Part shown: positions 19,199 to 29,032 of the stretch, piece by piece
Numbering within the stretch: position 1 is the stretch's first letter
How the letters are laid out: every line of letters starts with the position of its first letter
Source of the DNA: Clostridia bacterium
GTDB taxonomy: Bacteria; Bacillota; Clostridia; Christensenellales; Borkfalkiaceae
Assembly: GCA_017508105.1 (NCBI GenBank)
Contig: JAFVZP010000038.1
Location: 1 to 63,240 of the forward strand
DNA: 63,240 nucleotides
Direction of reading: 5' to 3'
The notes under the pieces: generated by a model
What the model was told of the DNA's origin: nothing
What the model saw: only the letters and a program-made list of their open reading frames with translations
Database searches by the model: none
Translations under genes and position numbers: made by a program

Positions 19199-21402
19199 AA
19201 AACGCTCTTTTTGCTGTGTCCGAGGGTGGATACAGGCAATATTTCCTTTAATTTTTCTTGACTGTTATAATTTTCGATTACCCCCTTCGCCGTGGGCATG
19301 GGTAAGGTGGAAACGTCGGTTAAAACGTTTGCAAAGCTTTGCGTTGCCACCAAATGCGCGCAGTTATACAGTTCAAACCGACAGGTGTTTTGGCCGGTTT
19401 TATACCGCCGAACGGGAAATTCTCTGCCGTTTTCGTCGGTCAGCGTATAGCGGTTGCGGTTTGCGCAGGCGCTACATTTCTTTTCAAACGGGCAGTAGAG
19501 TAAATCCATGACCTTGATGTCCCCAACGCTCAACACGAATGCGTTTTCCCGGGTCAGCGAACGCTGTTCGTCCAGCGAAATCTCCTTGGAGAGGGCGTAA
19601 TAATCAAAGTACTCGGCTTGCAGAGCGCAGGGGTTAGTGATATGAAAACCCGTGCCGGCAAACAGCTTTTTATTCCATTGTTTTGCAAGTTCGACGGCAT
19701 ACGTTCCCTCGGCGTACACGCCGTCAAAGCCCGAAAGATTTTCTTGCACGCTTTGCACTTCCTCTGAAGTTAAAAAAGCGGGTAAATAGAGAAATTTCTC
19801 TCCCTTTGCGCCCGTTTTACATTGGTACGAGGCGGCATCGGCATAATTTTTAGGCTTGAAGATGTAAATATCCGCCGAAAGGCAAGAAAACTCCTCGCCG
19901 ATAACGGCGATTTTTTGCTTGAACGTGGGCATGGTGCTTACCTTTGGCACTGCAAGCGGCAAGGGACGGTATTCGTATACGGTGTTTTTGTTTTGCGTGA
20001 GCCGTTGATATACCGCGCGGTAAAACTCCCGACGGAAGGCGTTGAGCCTGGCTTTGGGCAGAAAACAGTTACCCTGAACGGTTACACTATCCACCTGCAC
20101 TGCAAAGGGATATTCGTCAATCTTTAAAAAACAGTTTTTAAAGTCGTTCTCGGACATGGGTGCATTCTTTGCGCTTTCCAAGGTGAAATCGGACGTGAGC
20201 ATAACCCCTGCGCCACGGGCAATCAGCGCGCCGTTTTCTTGGGCGGAGATTTGCACGTTGAAGGGATATTTTCTATCCGTGGAAAGCAGTTTTTGGGTTA
20301 AGGCGGTATCGGTGGTGATGAACACGCCGTCGCCGTTTTTGAGCTTGCTTTTGGTGGCGAGATAAAAACCGCGCTTGTCTTTGGAGGAAAAGCTGGCACC
20401 GCCGACCTCTTCGCCGCCGCGTAAAATTTTGAATCCGTCGCCCGTTTGAGCGGAAAAGGCGGTTTCCACGTAATACTTGCCGTTTACCACCTTGACCACG
20501 CCAACCTTTTCGCCGATGTGCCCCTGCACTGCCTTGGATAAAAAGCGCTTATCCTGAGAAAAGGCGAGCCCTTGGGTATAGTTTCCGCGGTTGTAGGTGC
20601 GCTTTAACTCGGAGAGTTCTAATTCGGCGTTTTGTCCGTTGATTATCTTTTTATAGTATCGCACGGCAGCGGCAACGTATTCGCTGCGGCGCATACGTCC
20701 TTCGATTTTAAAGGAAATGACGCCCGCCTCGTGTAGGTCTATAATTTTCTGCCCTACGCTTAAATCGGAAAGCGAGAGGGCGTAGTTTAATTTCTTATCC
20801 CCCGTATCGTAAAAATATTTCTTTCTACAGGGCTGTTTACATCTGCCACGGTTGCCGGAATTTCCGCCGACGAACGAGGAGAGATAGCACTGACCCGAAA
20901 GACAGGTGCACAGCGCGCCTTGAATAAACACCTCGGTTTGGATGATTTGCGCAATGGCGCATATGTCTTTGAGCGGCGTTTCTCTTGCCAATACCACACG
21001 GGAAAAGCCGTAACGCTTGGCGAGACGGGCACCGTAGACGTTGCATACACCCGCCTGCGTGGAGAGGTGCAGACAAATGGAAGGGTACTGCTCGTGAATG
21101 AGCTTGCCCAAAAAGATATCCTGTAAAATAATGGCGTCGGCACCGAGGTTATGCACGGCAACGAGGGTTTGAACAAATTCCTCTATCTCGTGCTCCTTGA
21201 CTACAGTATTCATGGTAACGTACACCTTTACGCCGAAGATATGCGCATACTCGACGATGCCTTTGAGGGCGTCCAAATCGAAATTCTCCGCACCGGCTCG
21301 GGCGGAAAAGGCGGAATAGCCCAAATATATAGCGTCTGCGCCGCTTTGTACCGCCGCAACCGCACATTCTTTGTTGCCCGCAGGGGCTAAAATTTCATAC
21401 AT
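19195..21402 (-). CDS. peptidase U32 family protein (long form with C-terminal extension)
   Basis: 735 aa. The N-terminal U32 barrel (LAPAGN..., GADAIYLG, LSTQ) and the Cys-rich stretch QGALCTCLSGQCYLSSFVGGNSGNRGRCKQPCR are characteristic of U32 proteins. Its stop overlaps the mutS2 start (ATGA). Confidence 0.85.
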   Translation of the reverse strand: MYEILAPAGNKECAVAAVQSGADAIYLGYSAFSARAGAENFDLDALKGIVEYAHIFGVKVYVTMNTVVKEHEIEEFVQTLVAVHNLGADAIILQDIFLGKLIHEQYPSICLHLSTQAGVCNVYGARLAKRYGFSRVVLARETPLKDICAIAQIIQTEVFIQGALCTCLSGQCYLSSFVGGNSGNRGRCKQPCRKKYFYDTGDKKLNYALSLSDLSVGQKIIDLHEAGVISFKIEGRMRRSEYVAAAVRYYKKIINGQNAELELSELKRTYNRGNYTQGLAFSQDKRFLSKAVQGHIGEKVGVVKVVNGKYYVETAFSAQTGDGFKILRGGEEVGGASFSSKDKRGFYLATKSKLKNGDGVFITTDTALTQKLLSTDRKYPFNVQISAQENGALIARGAGVMLTSDFTLESAKNAPMSENDFKNCFLKIDEYPFAVQVDSVTVQGNCFLPKARLNAFRREFYRAVYQRLTQNKNTVYEYRPLPLAVPKVSTMPTFKQKIAVIGEEFSCLSADIYIFKPKNYADAASYQCKTGAKGEKFLYLPAFLTSEEVQSVQENLSGFDGVYAEGTYAVELAKQWNKKLFAGTGFHITNPCALQAEYFDYYALSKEISLDEQRSLTRENAFVLSVGDIKVMDLLYCPFEKKCSACANRNRYTLTDENGREFPVRRYKTGQNTCRFELYNCAHLVATQSFANVLTDVSTLPMPTAKGVIENYNSQEKLKEILPVSTLGHSKKSVL

Positions 21403-21500
21403 ACTTTTATTTTACCACTTTTACACGCTTTTTGCAAGAGGAAAATGAGAATATCCTTCAACTTTCACCAAGGAGTGAGCGTTTGCAGTGTATTGCACAA

Positions 21501-21540
21501 CAAAAAAGGCGAGCCGTTCAACCTCGTTGAAGAGCTCGCC
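21501..21540 (-). terminator. rho-independent terminator downstream of the Cof-type hydrolase gene
   Basis: Minus-strand hairpin ggcgagctcttcaacgaggttgaacggctcgcc followed by ttttt. Confidence 0.6.
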
Positions 21541-21554
21541 GCTTTATTCATCCA

Positions 21555-22364
21555 TTATAGTACGAAGCGCAGTATGTAATCACCAACGGCGTCCTCGTCG
21601 CAGGTCTTGTCAAAGACCTCGTCGGCCACGCTCTTTAAAAGCTCGTCCGCATTGGCAACGGCAACGCCATGGCCCGCGGCTTGTAAAAGGGGCGCGTCGT
21701 TTTGATTGTCGCCAAACGCAAGCACGGCGGATTTATCCACGTGATAGTAGTTGCATAAAAATTCCACGGCGGCAGCCTTGGTATCGTTGACAGAAGTAAC
21801 CTCCACCAAGGTGGAAGCGCTGCAGCTGATATAAAACTCGTCCTCGCCTAATTTTTGGCGCAACGCATCGCGGACTTGGTTGCGTTCCTCTTTTCGCACC
21901 ATGGTGAGCAGTTTGAAAAACTTTTGAGAAGAGTTTAAAATAAACGCATACAAATCCTCGACGTATACCGCTTGAATGTGACAGATTTCTTCGTATACTT
22001 TAAGGTATTCATCCGAATAATTGACGTAACAGTTCTCTCTGTCGTATAAATGAATGCGCATACCCATGCCCTGCATGAGCGCACAAATGCGCAAGGCTTG
22101 TTCCTTGGTAAACCCGCTCTCGCGTAAAAAATTTCCGCTTTGAACTTCGCCCACGACGGAGCCCTGATAGGCAACGTACAGCCCGTCTAACTGCAAGCGC
22201 TGTAAAACGGGGCGAATGGAAGTGGGCATTCTGCCCGTGCAGATGGCGAACTTTCCGCCTTGGCGGATATATTCCTGCACGGCGGAGACGGTTTTTTGCC
22301 CGACGGTGTTATCCCGATGGCGGAAGGTGCCGTCAAAATCCGAAACGATCAGTTGGTATTTCAA
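21555..22364 (-). CDS. Cof-type HAD-IIB family hydrolase
   Basis: 269 aa with the DFDGT motif I near the N-terminus, and GDNQNDAPLL motif IV. Confidence 0.85.
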   Translation of the reverse strand: MKYQLIVSDFDGTFRHRDNTVGQKTVSAVQEYIRQGGKFAICTGRMPTSIRPVLQRLQLDGLYVAYQGSVVGEVQSGNFLRESGFTKEQALRICALMQGMGMRIHLYDRENCYVNYSDEYLKVYEEICHIQAVYVEDLYAFILNSSQKFFKLLTMVRKEERNQVRDALRQKLGEDEFYISCSASTLVEVTSVNDTKAAAVEFLCNYYHVDKSAVLAFGDNQNDAPLLQAAGHGVAVANADELLKSVADEVFDKTCDEDAVGDYILRFVL

Positions 22365-22388
22365 GTCAGGTTTTCTCCTTGGATTTGT

Positions 22389-24197
22389 CTATAATTTTTC
22401 TTCAAAAAAGGTCTTGATTCTTTGCGCGAGCTCCTCGCCGATGCCTTCGGCCTGCGCCAGCTCCTGTACGCTTGCCGAGAGAATTTTATCGAGTGTGGAG
22501 AACTTTTGCATGAGCGCTTTTTGCTTTTTGGCGCCGACGCCCTCAATCTCCTGCAAAATAGAAGCCAAATTGCGCTTGGAGTGTAAATTTCTGAAATAAC
22601 TGATGGCAAAGCGGTGCGCCTCGTCACGAATGCGCTGTAGCATTTTGAGCGCAAAGTCGGTATGCGGAATTTTTACGCTGTCCTCTCTATCGAGCGTGAA
22701 CACCTCTTCTTCCCGCTTGGCGAGCGAGATGAGCTCGATATCCGACACACCCATGCCCGAGAAAATCTCTTGAACGGCAGAGAGCTGACCCTTACCGCCG
22801 TCGATGATGACGAGGTCGGGCTTGGGGAATTTAAACTCCTCGTCCGTACCCAGCTTTTGCAATCTTCTGCGAAGCGTTTCCTGCAGAGAGGCAAAATCGT
22901 TGGCGCCCTCTACGGTTTTAATTTTAAAGCGACGGTAGCTGGTTCTGTCCGCCTCGCCGTCGATAAATACGACCATGGACGCCACCTTGTCCACGCCCGA
23001 AATGTTGGAAATATCGTAACACTCCATGCGACGGGGATAGCGTTTGAGCCCCAGGAGCGACTGTAAGCGTTCGCACGCGCGCTTGGTCATGTCGTCCTTA
23101 TGCTTGATTTTTTCTATGTTTTTGGCGAGGTATTCGGCGGCGTTGCGCTCTGCCATGGCAAAGAGTTCTTTTTTAACCCCTTGCTTTGCAAAGGTGATTT
23201 CCACTTTTTTATCCGCAGCGACTAAAAAATACTCCTCCAAAAGCGCTTTTTCACAGTACGCCTCGGTGATAATCTCCTCGGGTAGCTGATGACGGGCATA
23301 ATACTGCAATAAAAACGCCGTTAAAGCGTCTTTACCTTCCAAGGACGCGTCCTCCAAGGCGTAGCTCTTTCCGCCCTGCATAATGCCCTTACGGGTGACG
23401 AGCACGCTTGCCGCAGCGTACAGCCCGTTGCTCTGCAAGGAGATGATATCGGCATTGATATCGCGGTTCAAGGCGGTGAGCCGTTTTTGCTTTAACGCGG
23501 ATAGCATGCCCAGCTTTTCCCGATAATTCATGGCGATTTCAAACTCCTCTTTTTGGGCGAAAAAGAGCATTTTCTGTTTTAAAATCTCCTCGGCTTCTTC
23601 GTATTCTCCGTCTAAAAACCGCAAGGCTTTTTTGACCTGTTCGGCGTACTCCTCTTGGCTGCATTCATGCGCGCAAGGACCGCTGCAACGGTGCAGGTGA
23701 TATTCCAGACACGGGCGCTTAGGCTTTTCCCCCACAGTCACTTTACAGGTGCGCACGTTGTAGAGCATGGCGACCATTTCCAAAATATCCTTGCAGCGCA
23801 CGCCGCCCATGAACGGGCCGAAATACTTGCCGTCTTTTTTGATTTTACGGGTGATGGAGAGGTACGGGTACGCCTCCTTGGTGTGCATTTTGATATACGG
23901 GTAAGTCTTATCGTCCTTTAAAAGAATGTTATACTTGGGCTTATATTTTTTAATGAGCGTATTTTCCAAGGACAAAGCGTCCGATTCACTGGCGCAGACG
24001 ATGTAGTTAAAATCGACGATATTCGCGACCATGGCGGCGACCTTTTCGGGCTTTTCATCGCCGTGGAAGTACTGACGTACCCGATTTTTGAGCACGCGCG
24101 CCTTGCCGACGTAAATGACCGCGCCGTCTTTATCGAGCATGATATATACCCCCGGAGAATCGGGGAGAAGTTTGAGTTTTTCCCGTAATGCGTTCAT
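22389..24197 (-). CDS. uvrC: excinuclease ABC subunit C
   Basis: 602 aa with an N-terminal GIY-YIG domain (PGVYIM...IYVGKA), a UVR domain, an endonuclease V-like domain and a C-terminal (HhH)2. Confidence 0.95.
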   Translation of the reverse strand: MNALREKLKLLPDSPGVYIMLDKDGAVIYVGKARVLKNRVRQYFHGDEKPEKVAAMVANIVDFNYIVCASESDALSLENTLIKKYKPKYNILLKDDKTYPYIKMHTKEAYPYLSITRKIKKDGKYFGPFMGGVRCKDILEMVAMLYNVRTCKVTVGEKPKRPCLEYHLHRCSGPCAHECSQEEYAEQVKKALRFLDGEYEEAEEILKQKMLFFAQKEEFEIAMNYREKLGMLSALKQKRLTALNRDINADIISLQSNGLYAAASVLVTRKGIMQGGKSYALEDASLEGKDALTAFLLQYYARHQLPEEIITEAYCEKALLEEYFLVAADKKVEITFAKQGVKKELFAMAERNAAEYLAKNIEKIKHKDDMTKRACERLQSLLGLKRYPRRMECYDISNISGVDKVASMVVFIDGEADRTSYRRFKIKTVEGANDFASLQETLRRRLQKLGTDEEFKFPKPDLVIIDGGKGQLSAVQEIFSGMGVSDIELISLAKREEEVFTLDREDSVKIPHTDFALKMLQRIRDEAHRFAISYFRNLHSKRNLASILQEIEGVGAKKQKALMQKFSTLDKILSASVQELAQAEGIGEELAQRIKTFFEEKL

Positions 24198-24269
24198 ATT
24201 TTTATTATACGACTTTTTTTGAGTTTTAGCAAGCCCTGCCGCGGATAAAGTTTTTTGGTAGAAGTTTAA

Positions 24270-24611
24270 TCAATAACCCAAAAACTCCACGCCCTTTAAG
24301 AGCACGTCGTTGACCGTATCGTTGACGAGGGAGTAAAAAATAATCTTGCCCTGCCGCTTTGCCTGTACGATACCGATGTTTTTCAAGAAGCGAAGCTGAT
24401 GGGATACGGTGGTTTGATTGAGGTTTAAAATTCTCGATAAATCGGTTACGCACATCTCGGAAATGGCGAGCGCCGAGAGCATTTTTACCCTTGTCGGGTC
24501 GGAAAAAATGGAGAAAAAACAGACGATGCCGTCGAGAATTTCCCCGTCCGGTACGTATTCCTCCACCAACCCCTGCGTGCGCTTGTCCAATAACAGCATC
24601 TGACTTTCCAT
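24270..24611 (-). CDS. ArsR/SmtB family metalloregulatory transcription factor
   Basis: Winged-helix signature FSIFSDPTRVKMLSAL...EMCVTDLSRILNLNQTTVSHQLRFLK. The start is placed at MESQ (AAGGAGG 8 nt upstream). In-frame ATGs also exist at 24617 and 24650. Confidence 0.8.
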   Translation of the reverse strand: MESQMLLLDKRTQGLVEEYVPDGEILDGIVCFFSIFSDPTRVKMLSALAISEMCVTDLSRILNLNQTTVSHQLRFLKNIGIVQAKRQGKIIFYSLVNDTVNDVLLKGVEFLGY

Positions 24612-24665
24612 ATGCATTGCCTCCTTTGCAGTGCATATGTTAGCACACACAAGTGAAAGTATTTT

Positions 24666-26885
24666 TTAATAATTTATACTTTTTTGTCTACTTTCATCGT
24701 TTTTGCCTTTAAATTTAGTCAATCGCAAGGCGTTGGTAACGACGAACAGCGAGCTTAAGCTCATGCACGCCGCCGCAATCATAGGGTTGAGCGTGAACGA
24801 AGCAAAGGCGAATGCGCCCGCCGCCACGGGAATGGCAACAACGTTATAGAAAAACGCCCAAAAGAGATTTTGCTTGATGTTTTGCACGGTCTTTTGGCTG
24901 AGCGCAACCATATCGCTGAGCGCCGATAAATCGCCCGACGCCAGGATGATGGAAGCCGAGTCGATGGCGACGCCTGTGCCCGTGCCGACGGCGATGCCAA
25001 CGTCCGACTGTTTGAGGGCGGGCGCGTCGTTGATGCCGTCGCCCACCATGGCGACCGTCTTATGCGTGCGCTGTACGGCGGAAACGTAGTTGAATTTATC
25101 CTGCGGGAGTACGTCGGCGTAATATTCGTCGATGCCCGCCATTCTTGCAACGGCGGCTGCCGCTTGGGGGTTATCGCCCGTGAGCATAGCAACTTGAATG
25201 CCCCGTTCTTTCAGGCATGCTACCGCCCTTTTACTGCTTTGCTTTAATACGTCGGCAACGGCGAAGATAGCCAACAGCTTGTCGTCTTCGGTAAAATAAA
25301 CGACGGTTTTGCCCTCCTTTAAAAAGGCTTCGCCCTGCTCCAAGCCCTGCGCCTTTTCACAGAGCTTTCGGTTGCCGATGCGGTAGATTTTACCGTTGCG
25401 CTCGGCAATGGCGCCCTGACCCATTTGATAGCGGTAGGTACTGATTTGACAGGTTGCGCCGCAAAACTCACGGATGCAGCTTGCCAAGGGGTGAGAGGAT
25501 AAGCTCTCAATGCCACCCACGGTTTGGCGCACTTCGGCTTCATCGCCAAAGCAAAGAAAATCGGTAACGGTGGGCTTGCCCTCGGTGAGCGTGGCGGTTT
25601 TATCGAGCAGCACGAAATTGATTTGAGCGGCTTTTTGTAAGGCTTCGGCGTCCTTATAGAGGATACCCATGCCTGCACCTCTACCCGTTGCCGCCATAAT
25701 TGCCACGGGCGTGGCAAGCCCCAACGAACAGGGGCAGGAGATGACGAGTACGGATACGGCAAAGTTCATGGCAGTGGCAAAATTTTGAGAGAGGCTGAAC
25801 CAGATGATAAAAGTAATGAGCGCAATTACCGTGACCGCAGGCACGAAAATACCTGCAACCTTGTCGGCAATTTTTTGCAGGGGCGCCTTGCTGGCGCCCG
25901 CCTCTTGAACCATTTGAATAATTTTAGCGAGTGTGGTTTGCTTGCCGACTCGCTCGGCGCACACCCGTAAAACACCGCTTTTGACGGTGGCAGCGGAAGT
26001 AACCGCATCGCCGGGCTGCACTTCGACGGGCAGGCTTTCACCCGTGACAGCCGAAGTATCAATGAAGGCGTGACCGCTCAATATTTTTCCGTCGACGGGG
26101 AGATAGTCGCCCTGCTTGACGAGTACAATATCGCCGATCTGAAGGGAATCGGTAAAAACGGTTTTGTGACTGCCGTCGGGAAGCAGTAAGGTGGCAGTAG
26201 AGGGAATGAGCCGAACGAGCTTTTCAATCTCTCCGCCCGTGCGCTGTTTGGAGCGCGATTCCAGCCATTTACCCAAGGTGACGAGCGTAACGATCATGGC
26301 CGCGGATTCAAAGTACAGCATGGGCATGGTACCGCCCTTTGCCCAAAATACGATGACGAGCACGACGCTGTAAATATAGGATACCGCCGAGCCGAGGGAC
26401 ACCAAGGTATCCATGTTGGGTACGCCCTTAAAGACGGCTCGCACGCCCACGGTGAAGAAACGGAAATTGACAAAAAGGACGGCGGTGGACAGCACCCACT
26501 GTATAACTTCCCCCACGGGAGCAGGCGGTTGAGGCAAAGAAATCATACCGCCCATGGAAAAATACATAAGCGCAAGCAATAAAACGGCTGAGATGAGAAA
26601 GCGGGTTTTTAAAATATCACACTCCGAGCGGCGTTTGTTTTGCGCTTTGTCCTTTTCCTTTGCCGAGGGCGTATTTTCCTGCCCTATACTATACCCCAGC
26701 CCCTGCACGATAGAAAATATATCGTTTTTAGAAATGAGCGTTTGGTCGTATTCGATATACATACTCCCGTCCATGAGCGAAACGGTTACGTCTTTGACGC
26801 CTGCACGGCGTTTTAACGTGCGTTCAATGCCCGAGGCGCAAGCCGAACAGCTCATACCGCCGACAGAGTAGCGTGCTTTTGTCAT
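24666..26885 (-). CDS. copA: copper-translocating P1B-type ATPase
   Basis: 739 aa with an N-terminal HMA domain (GMSCSACASGIE), the TM6 CPC motif (SCPCSLGLATP), phosphorylation site DKTATLT, HP and GDGINDAP. The Cu(I)-type TM7/TM8 signatures are N-x6-YN-x4-P (NLFWAFFYNVVAIP) and MSLSS. Confidence 0.88.
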   Translation of the reverse strand: MTKARYSVGGMSCSACASGIERTLKRRAGVKDVTVSLMDGSMYIEYDQTLISKNDIFSIVQGLGYSIGQENTPSAKEKDKAQNKRRSECDILKTRFLISAVLLLALMYFSMGGMISLPQPPAPVGEVIQWVLSTAVLFVNFRFFTVGVRAVFKGVPNMDTLVSLGSAVSYIYSVVLVIVFWAKGGTMPMLYFESAAMIVTLVTLGKWLESRSKQRTGGEIEKLVRLIPSTATLLLPDGSHKTVFTDSLQIGDIVLVKQGDYLPVDGKILSGHAFIDTSAVTGESLPVEVQPGDAVTSAATVKSGVLRVCAERVGKQTTLAKIIQMVQEAGASKAPLQKIADKVAGIFVPAVTVIALITFIIWFSLSQNFATAMNFAVSVLVISCPCSLGLATPVAIMAATGRGAGMGILYKDAEALQKAAQINFVLLDKTATLTEGKPTVTDFLCFGDEAEVRQTVGGIESLSSHPLASCIREFCGATCQISTYRYQMGQGAIAERNGKIYRIGNRKLCEKAQGLEQGEAFLKEGKTVVYFTEDDKLLAIFAVADVLKQSSKRAVACLKERGIQVAMLTGDNPQAAAAVARMAGIDEYYADVLPQDKFNYVSAVQRTHKTVAMVGDGINDAPALKQSDVGIAVGTGTGVAIDSASIILASGDLSALSDMVALSQKTVQNIKQNLFWAFFYNVVAIPVAAGAFAFASFTLNPMIAAACMSLSSLFVVTNALRLTKFKGKNDESRQKSINY

Positions 26886-26927
26886 AAGTCCCTCCTTTTT
26901 AGGATTAACAATCTATTCTACACGGGA

Positions 26928-26951
26928 AATTATATTCCTTTTTATATAATT
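26928..26951. promoter_or_regulatory. perfect 8-N8-8 inverted repeat overlapping the copA promoter spacer and -10 (candidate repressor operator)
   Basis: aattatat-N8-atataatt read directly. It covers the -10 hexamer. Confidence 0.4.
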
Positions 26952-26957
26952 TGTCAA
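26929..26957 (-). promoter_or_regulatory. perfect consensus sigma-A promoter of copA (TTGACA-N17-TATAAT)
   Basis: Minus strand: ttgaca (26957-26952), a 17-nt spacer, tataat (26934-26929). It lies about 40 nt upstream of the copA ATG. Confidence 0.65.
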
Positions 26958-27000
26958 GAATACCGCCCGCACGGTTTTTCAGCGTGCATTTTTTATAGCG

Positions 27001-27034
27001 CAAAAAGGCGGAATGCCGACTGCACTCCGCCTTT
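27001..27034 (-). terminator. rho-independent terminator downstream of rpmF
   Basis: Minus-strand hairpin aaggcgga gtgcagtcggcat tccgcctt followed by ttttt. Confidence 0.6.
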
Positions 27035-27060
27035 GGATTTTGCGTTGAGAATAGAAAAAC

Positions 27061-27249
27061 TTAGTTCTTCTTTTCGTCGTGGTTGACAACCTGCTTGCCG
27101 TCATAGTAACCGCAGCTTGCGCAAACGGCGTGAGGCAACTTCATTTCGTGACAATGAGGGCACTCTACCAACGTGGGAGCGGTTGCCTTGAAATTAGCGA
27201 ATCTGGTATTGGTTCTCTGTTTGGATTGTTTTCTTTTGGGTACTGCCAT
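27061..27249 (-). CDS. rpmF: 50S ribosomal protein L32
   Basis: 62 aa with MAVPKRKQSKQR at the N-terminus and zinc-ribbon cysteines CPHC...CASC. Confidence 0.95.
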   Translation of the reverse strand: MAVPKRKQSKQRTNTRFANFKATAPTLVECPHCHEMKLPHAVCASCGYYDGKQVVNHDEKKN

Positions 27250-27286
27250 GTTTCTACACCTCTCTATTTAAAATTAGAATAATTTA

Positions 27287-27715
27287 TCAATTGTTTTGGT
27301 TTTCCGGTTGGGGTTGGTAAAAAATACCTTCGCAGTCCTCTTTACACAGCAAAACGTGCGGCATGGAGAACATAACGGCGTCCTGAACGCTTTGGTCCAA
27401 ATCGACGGTATTTTTTTTGTATGAATAATTTTCGCCGTCCGACTCACCCTTGACAAAACATGCATTCCATTCCGCCTCTACCCATTTTTCAGCGGATTGT
27501 AAGCAACGGGAACAAGCGCCTTGAAGCAGATAACGCACCGTGCCACGCACTTCCAAAGAGTCGTCGTCGAAAATTTCATAGCTTCCGTCGACGGCAATTT
27601 CAGATGCAATTTTGACCATGGGAATGGAAACGAGTTCATCGTTTGGCTGCAAGGAAAAATGCAGCTCGCCCGAATACTTCCGTGCCCAATTGAGTTTTTG
27701 AACGTCAAGAATCAT
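27287..27715 (-). CDS. yceD: YceD family protein (DUF177)
   Basis: 142 aa in the conserved position directly upstream of rpmF. It has the C-terminal Cys pattern (CSRC ... LLCKEDCEG) typical of DUF177. Confidence 0.85.
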   Translation of the reverse strand: MILDVQKLNWARKYSGELHFSLQPNDELVSIPMVKIASEIAVDGSYEIFDDDSLEVRGTVRYLLQGACSRCLQSAEKWVEAEWNACFVKGESDGENYSYKKNTVDLDQSVQDAVMFSMPHVLLCKEDCEGIFYQPQPENQNN

Positions 27716-27728
27716 AAATTACCTTGCA

Positions 27729-27757
27729 ATTATAATATATCTTTGCCCTATTGTCAA
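27729..27757 (-). promoter_or_regulatory. perfect consensus sigma-A promoter of yceD-rpmF (TTGACA-N17-TATAAT)
   Basis: Minus strand: ttgaca (27757-27752), a 17-nt spacer, tataat (27734-27729). Confidence 0.6.
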
Positions 27758-27784
27758 CTTTTTTTGGGCAATTATAGGGATTTT

Positions 27785-28981
27785 TTACAATAATTCGAGG
27801 GTTTCTCGAGCGATGACCAATTCCTCGTTGGTGGGAATGACAAGCACTTTCACCTTGGAATCGGGCGTGGAAATTTCACGGATTTTACCGTTGTTGCGCT
27901 CCAAATTCTTTTGCTCGTCGAGCTTGATTCCCAAAAATTCCAAGTCGGAGCAGACGTCCTTACGCACGCAATCGGTATTTTCTCCAACGCCGGCGGTGAA
28001 TACGATGCAATCTACACCGCCCATCGCCGCTGCGTACGAACCGACGAATTTCTTGCATTGATAGGAGAACATATCGAGCGCAAGCGTTGCACGGGCATTG
28101 CCCTCGTCCTTTGCCTTGACCAAATCTCTGAAATCCGAGGATACGCCGGAGATGCCCGCCATACCGCCTTTTTTGTTGAGATAGGTCATGCAGTCTTCTG
28201 CGGACATTTTCTTCTTGGTGCACAGATATTCAACAACCGCAGGGTCGATATCGCCCGAACGGGTACCCATGGATACGCCGGCAAGGGGCGTGAAGCCCAT
28301 GGACGTATCAATACACTTGCCGCCCTTGACTGCGGAAATGGACGAACCGTTGCCCAAATGGCAGGTAACGACTTTGAACGTAGCGTCGCCCTCTCTGCCT
28401 AAATATTTTGCCGCTTCCTGCGATACGAACTTGTGCGAAGTACCGTGGAAACCGTATTTTCTGATTTTATACTGCTCGTAATCCTCGTATGCGATGCCGT
28501 ACATATAAGCGTGTGCGGGGATAGTGGCGTGGAACGCCGTATCGAATACCATTGCCATGGGCGTGCTGGGCATTGCCGCCTGGCAAGCCTTGATGCCGAT
28601 GAGGTTGGCGGGGTTATGCAAGGGCGCAAGGTCGGAGAGCTTTTCCACTTCTTTGAGCGTGTCGGCGGTGGCGAGGACGGTTTTATCAAAGGTTTCGCCG
28701 CTGTGCACCACTCTGTGACCGACGGCGTCGATTTCGTCCATGCTCTTAATGACGCCCACTTCGGGGTCGGTGAGCACCTTTAACACCAACGCAATGGATT
28801 CGTTGTGCGTGGGTTGAGGGGAAAGAATGACCGTTTCCTTGCCGTTTGCCTTATGTACGAGCTTTGCGCCGTCCAAGCCGATGCGTTCGCAACCGCCCTT
28901 GGCGAGTACGGTCTCGGTATCCATGTCGATGAGCTGATATTTTAACGAAGAACTGCCTGCGTTTACAACTAAAATTTTCAT
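27785..28981 (-). CDS. ackA: acetate kinase
   Basis: 398 aa. MKILVVNAGSSSLKYQL, HRVVHGG-like HRVVHSG, and a C-terminal IPTNEELVIA. Confidence 0.95.
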   Translation of the reverse strand: MKILVVNAGSSSLKYQLIDMDTETVLAKGGCERIGLDGAKLVHKANGKETVILSPQPTHNESIALVLKVLTDPEVGVIKSMDEIDAVGHRVVHSGETFDKTVLATADTLKEVEKLSDLAPLHNPANLIGIKACQAAMPSTPMAMVFDTAFHATIPAHAYMYGIAYEDYEQYKIRKYGFHGTSHKFVSQEAAKYLGREGDATFKVVTCHLGNGSSISAVKGGKCIDTSMGFTPLAGVSMGTRSGDIDPAVVEYLCTKKKMSAEDCMTYLNKKGGMAGISGVSSDFRDLVKAKDEGNARATLALDMFSYQCKKFVGSYAAAMGGVDCIVFTAGVGENTDCVRKDVCSDLEFLGIKLDEQKNLERNNGKIREISTPDSKVKVLVIPTNEELVIARETLELL

Positions 28982-29032
28982 ACTGTAATCACCTTAAAAA
29001 GCGTATTTTTTTGTTATTAGTAACGGGTTGAT

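Noticed and set aside
21488-21790. Highly basic Arg/Pro-rich 100-aa ORF on the plus strand (protamine-like).
   Set aside because: It is antisense to the well-supported Cof-type hydrolase gene and its terminator. It has no RBS, so it is a compositional artefact.
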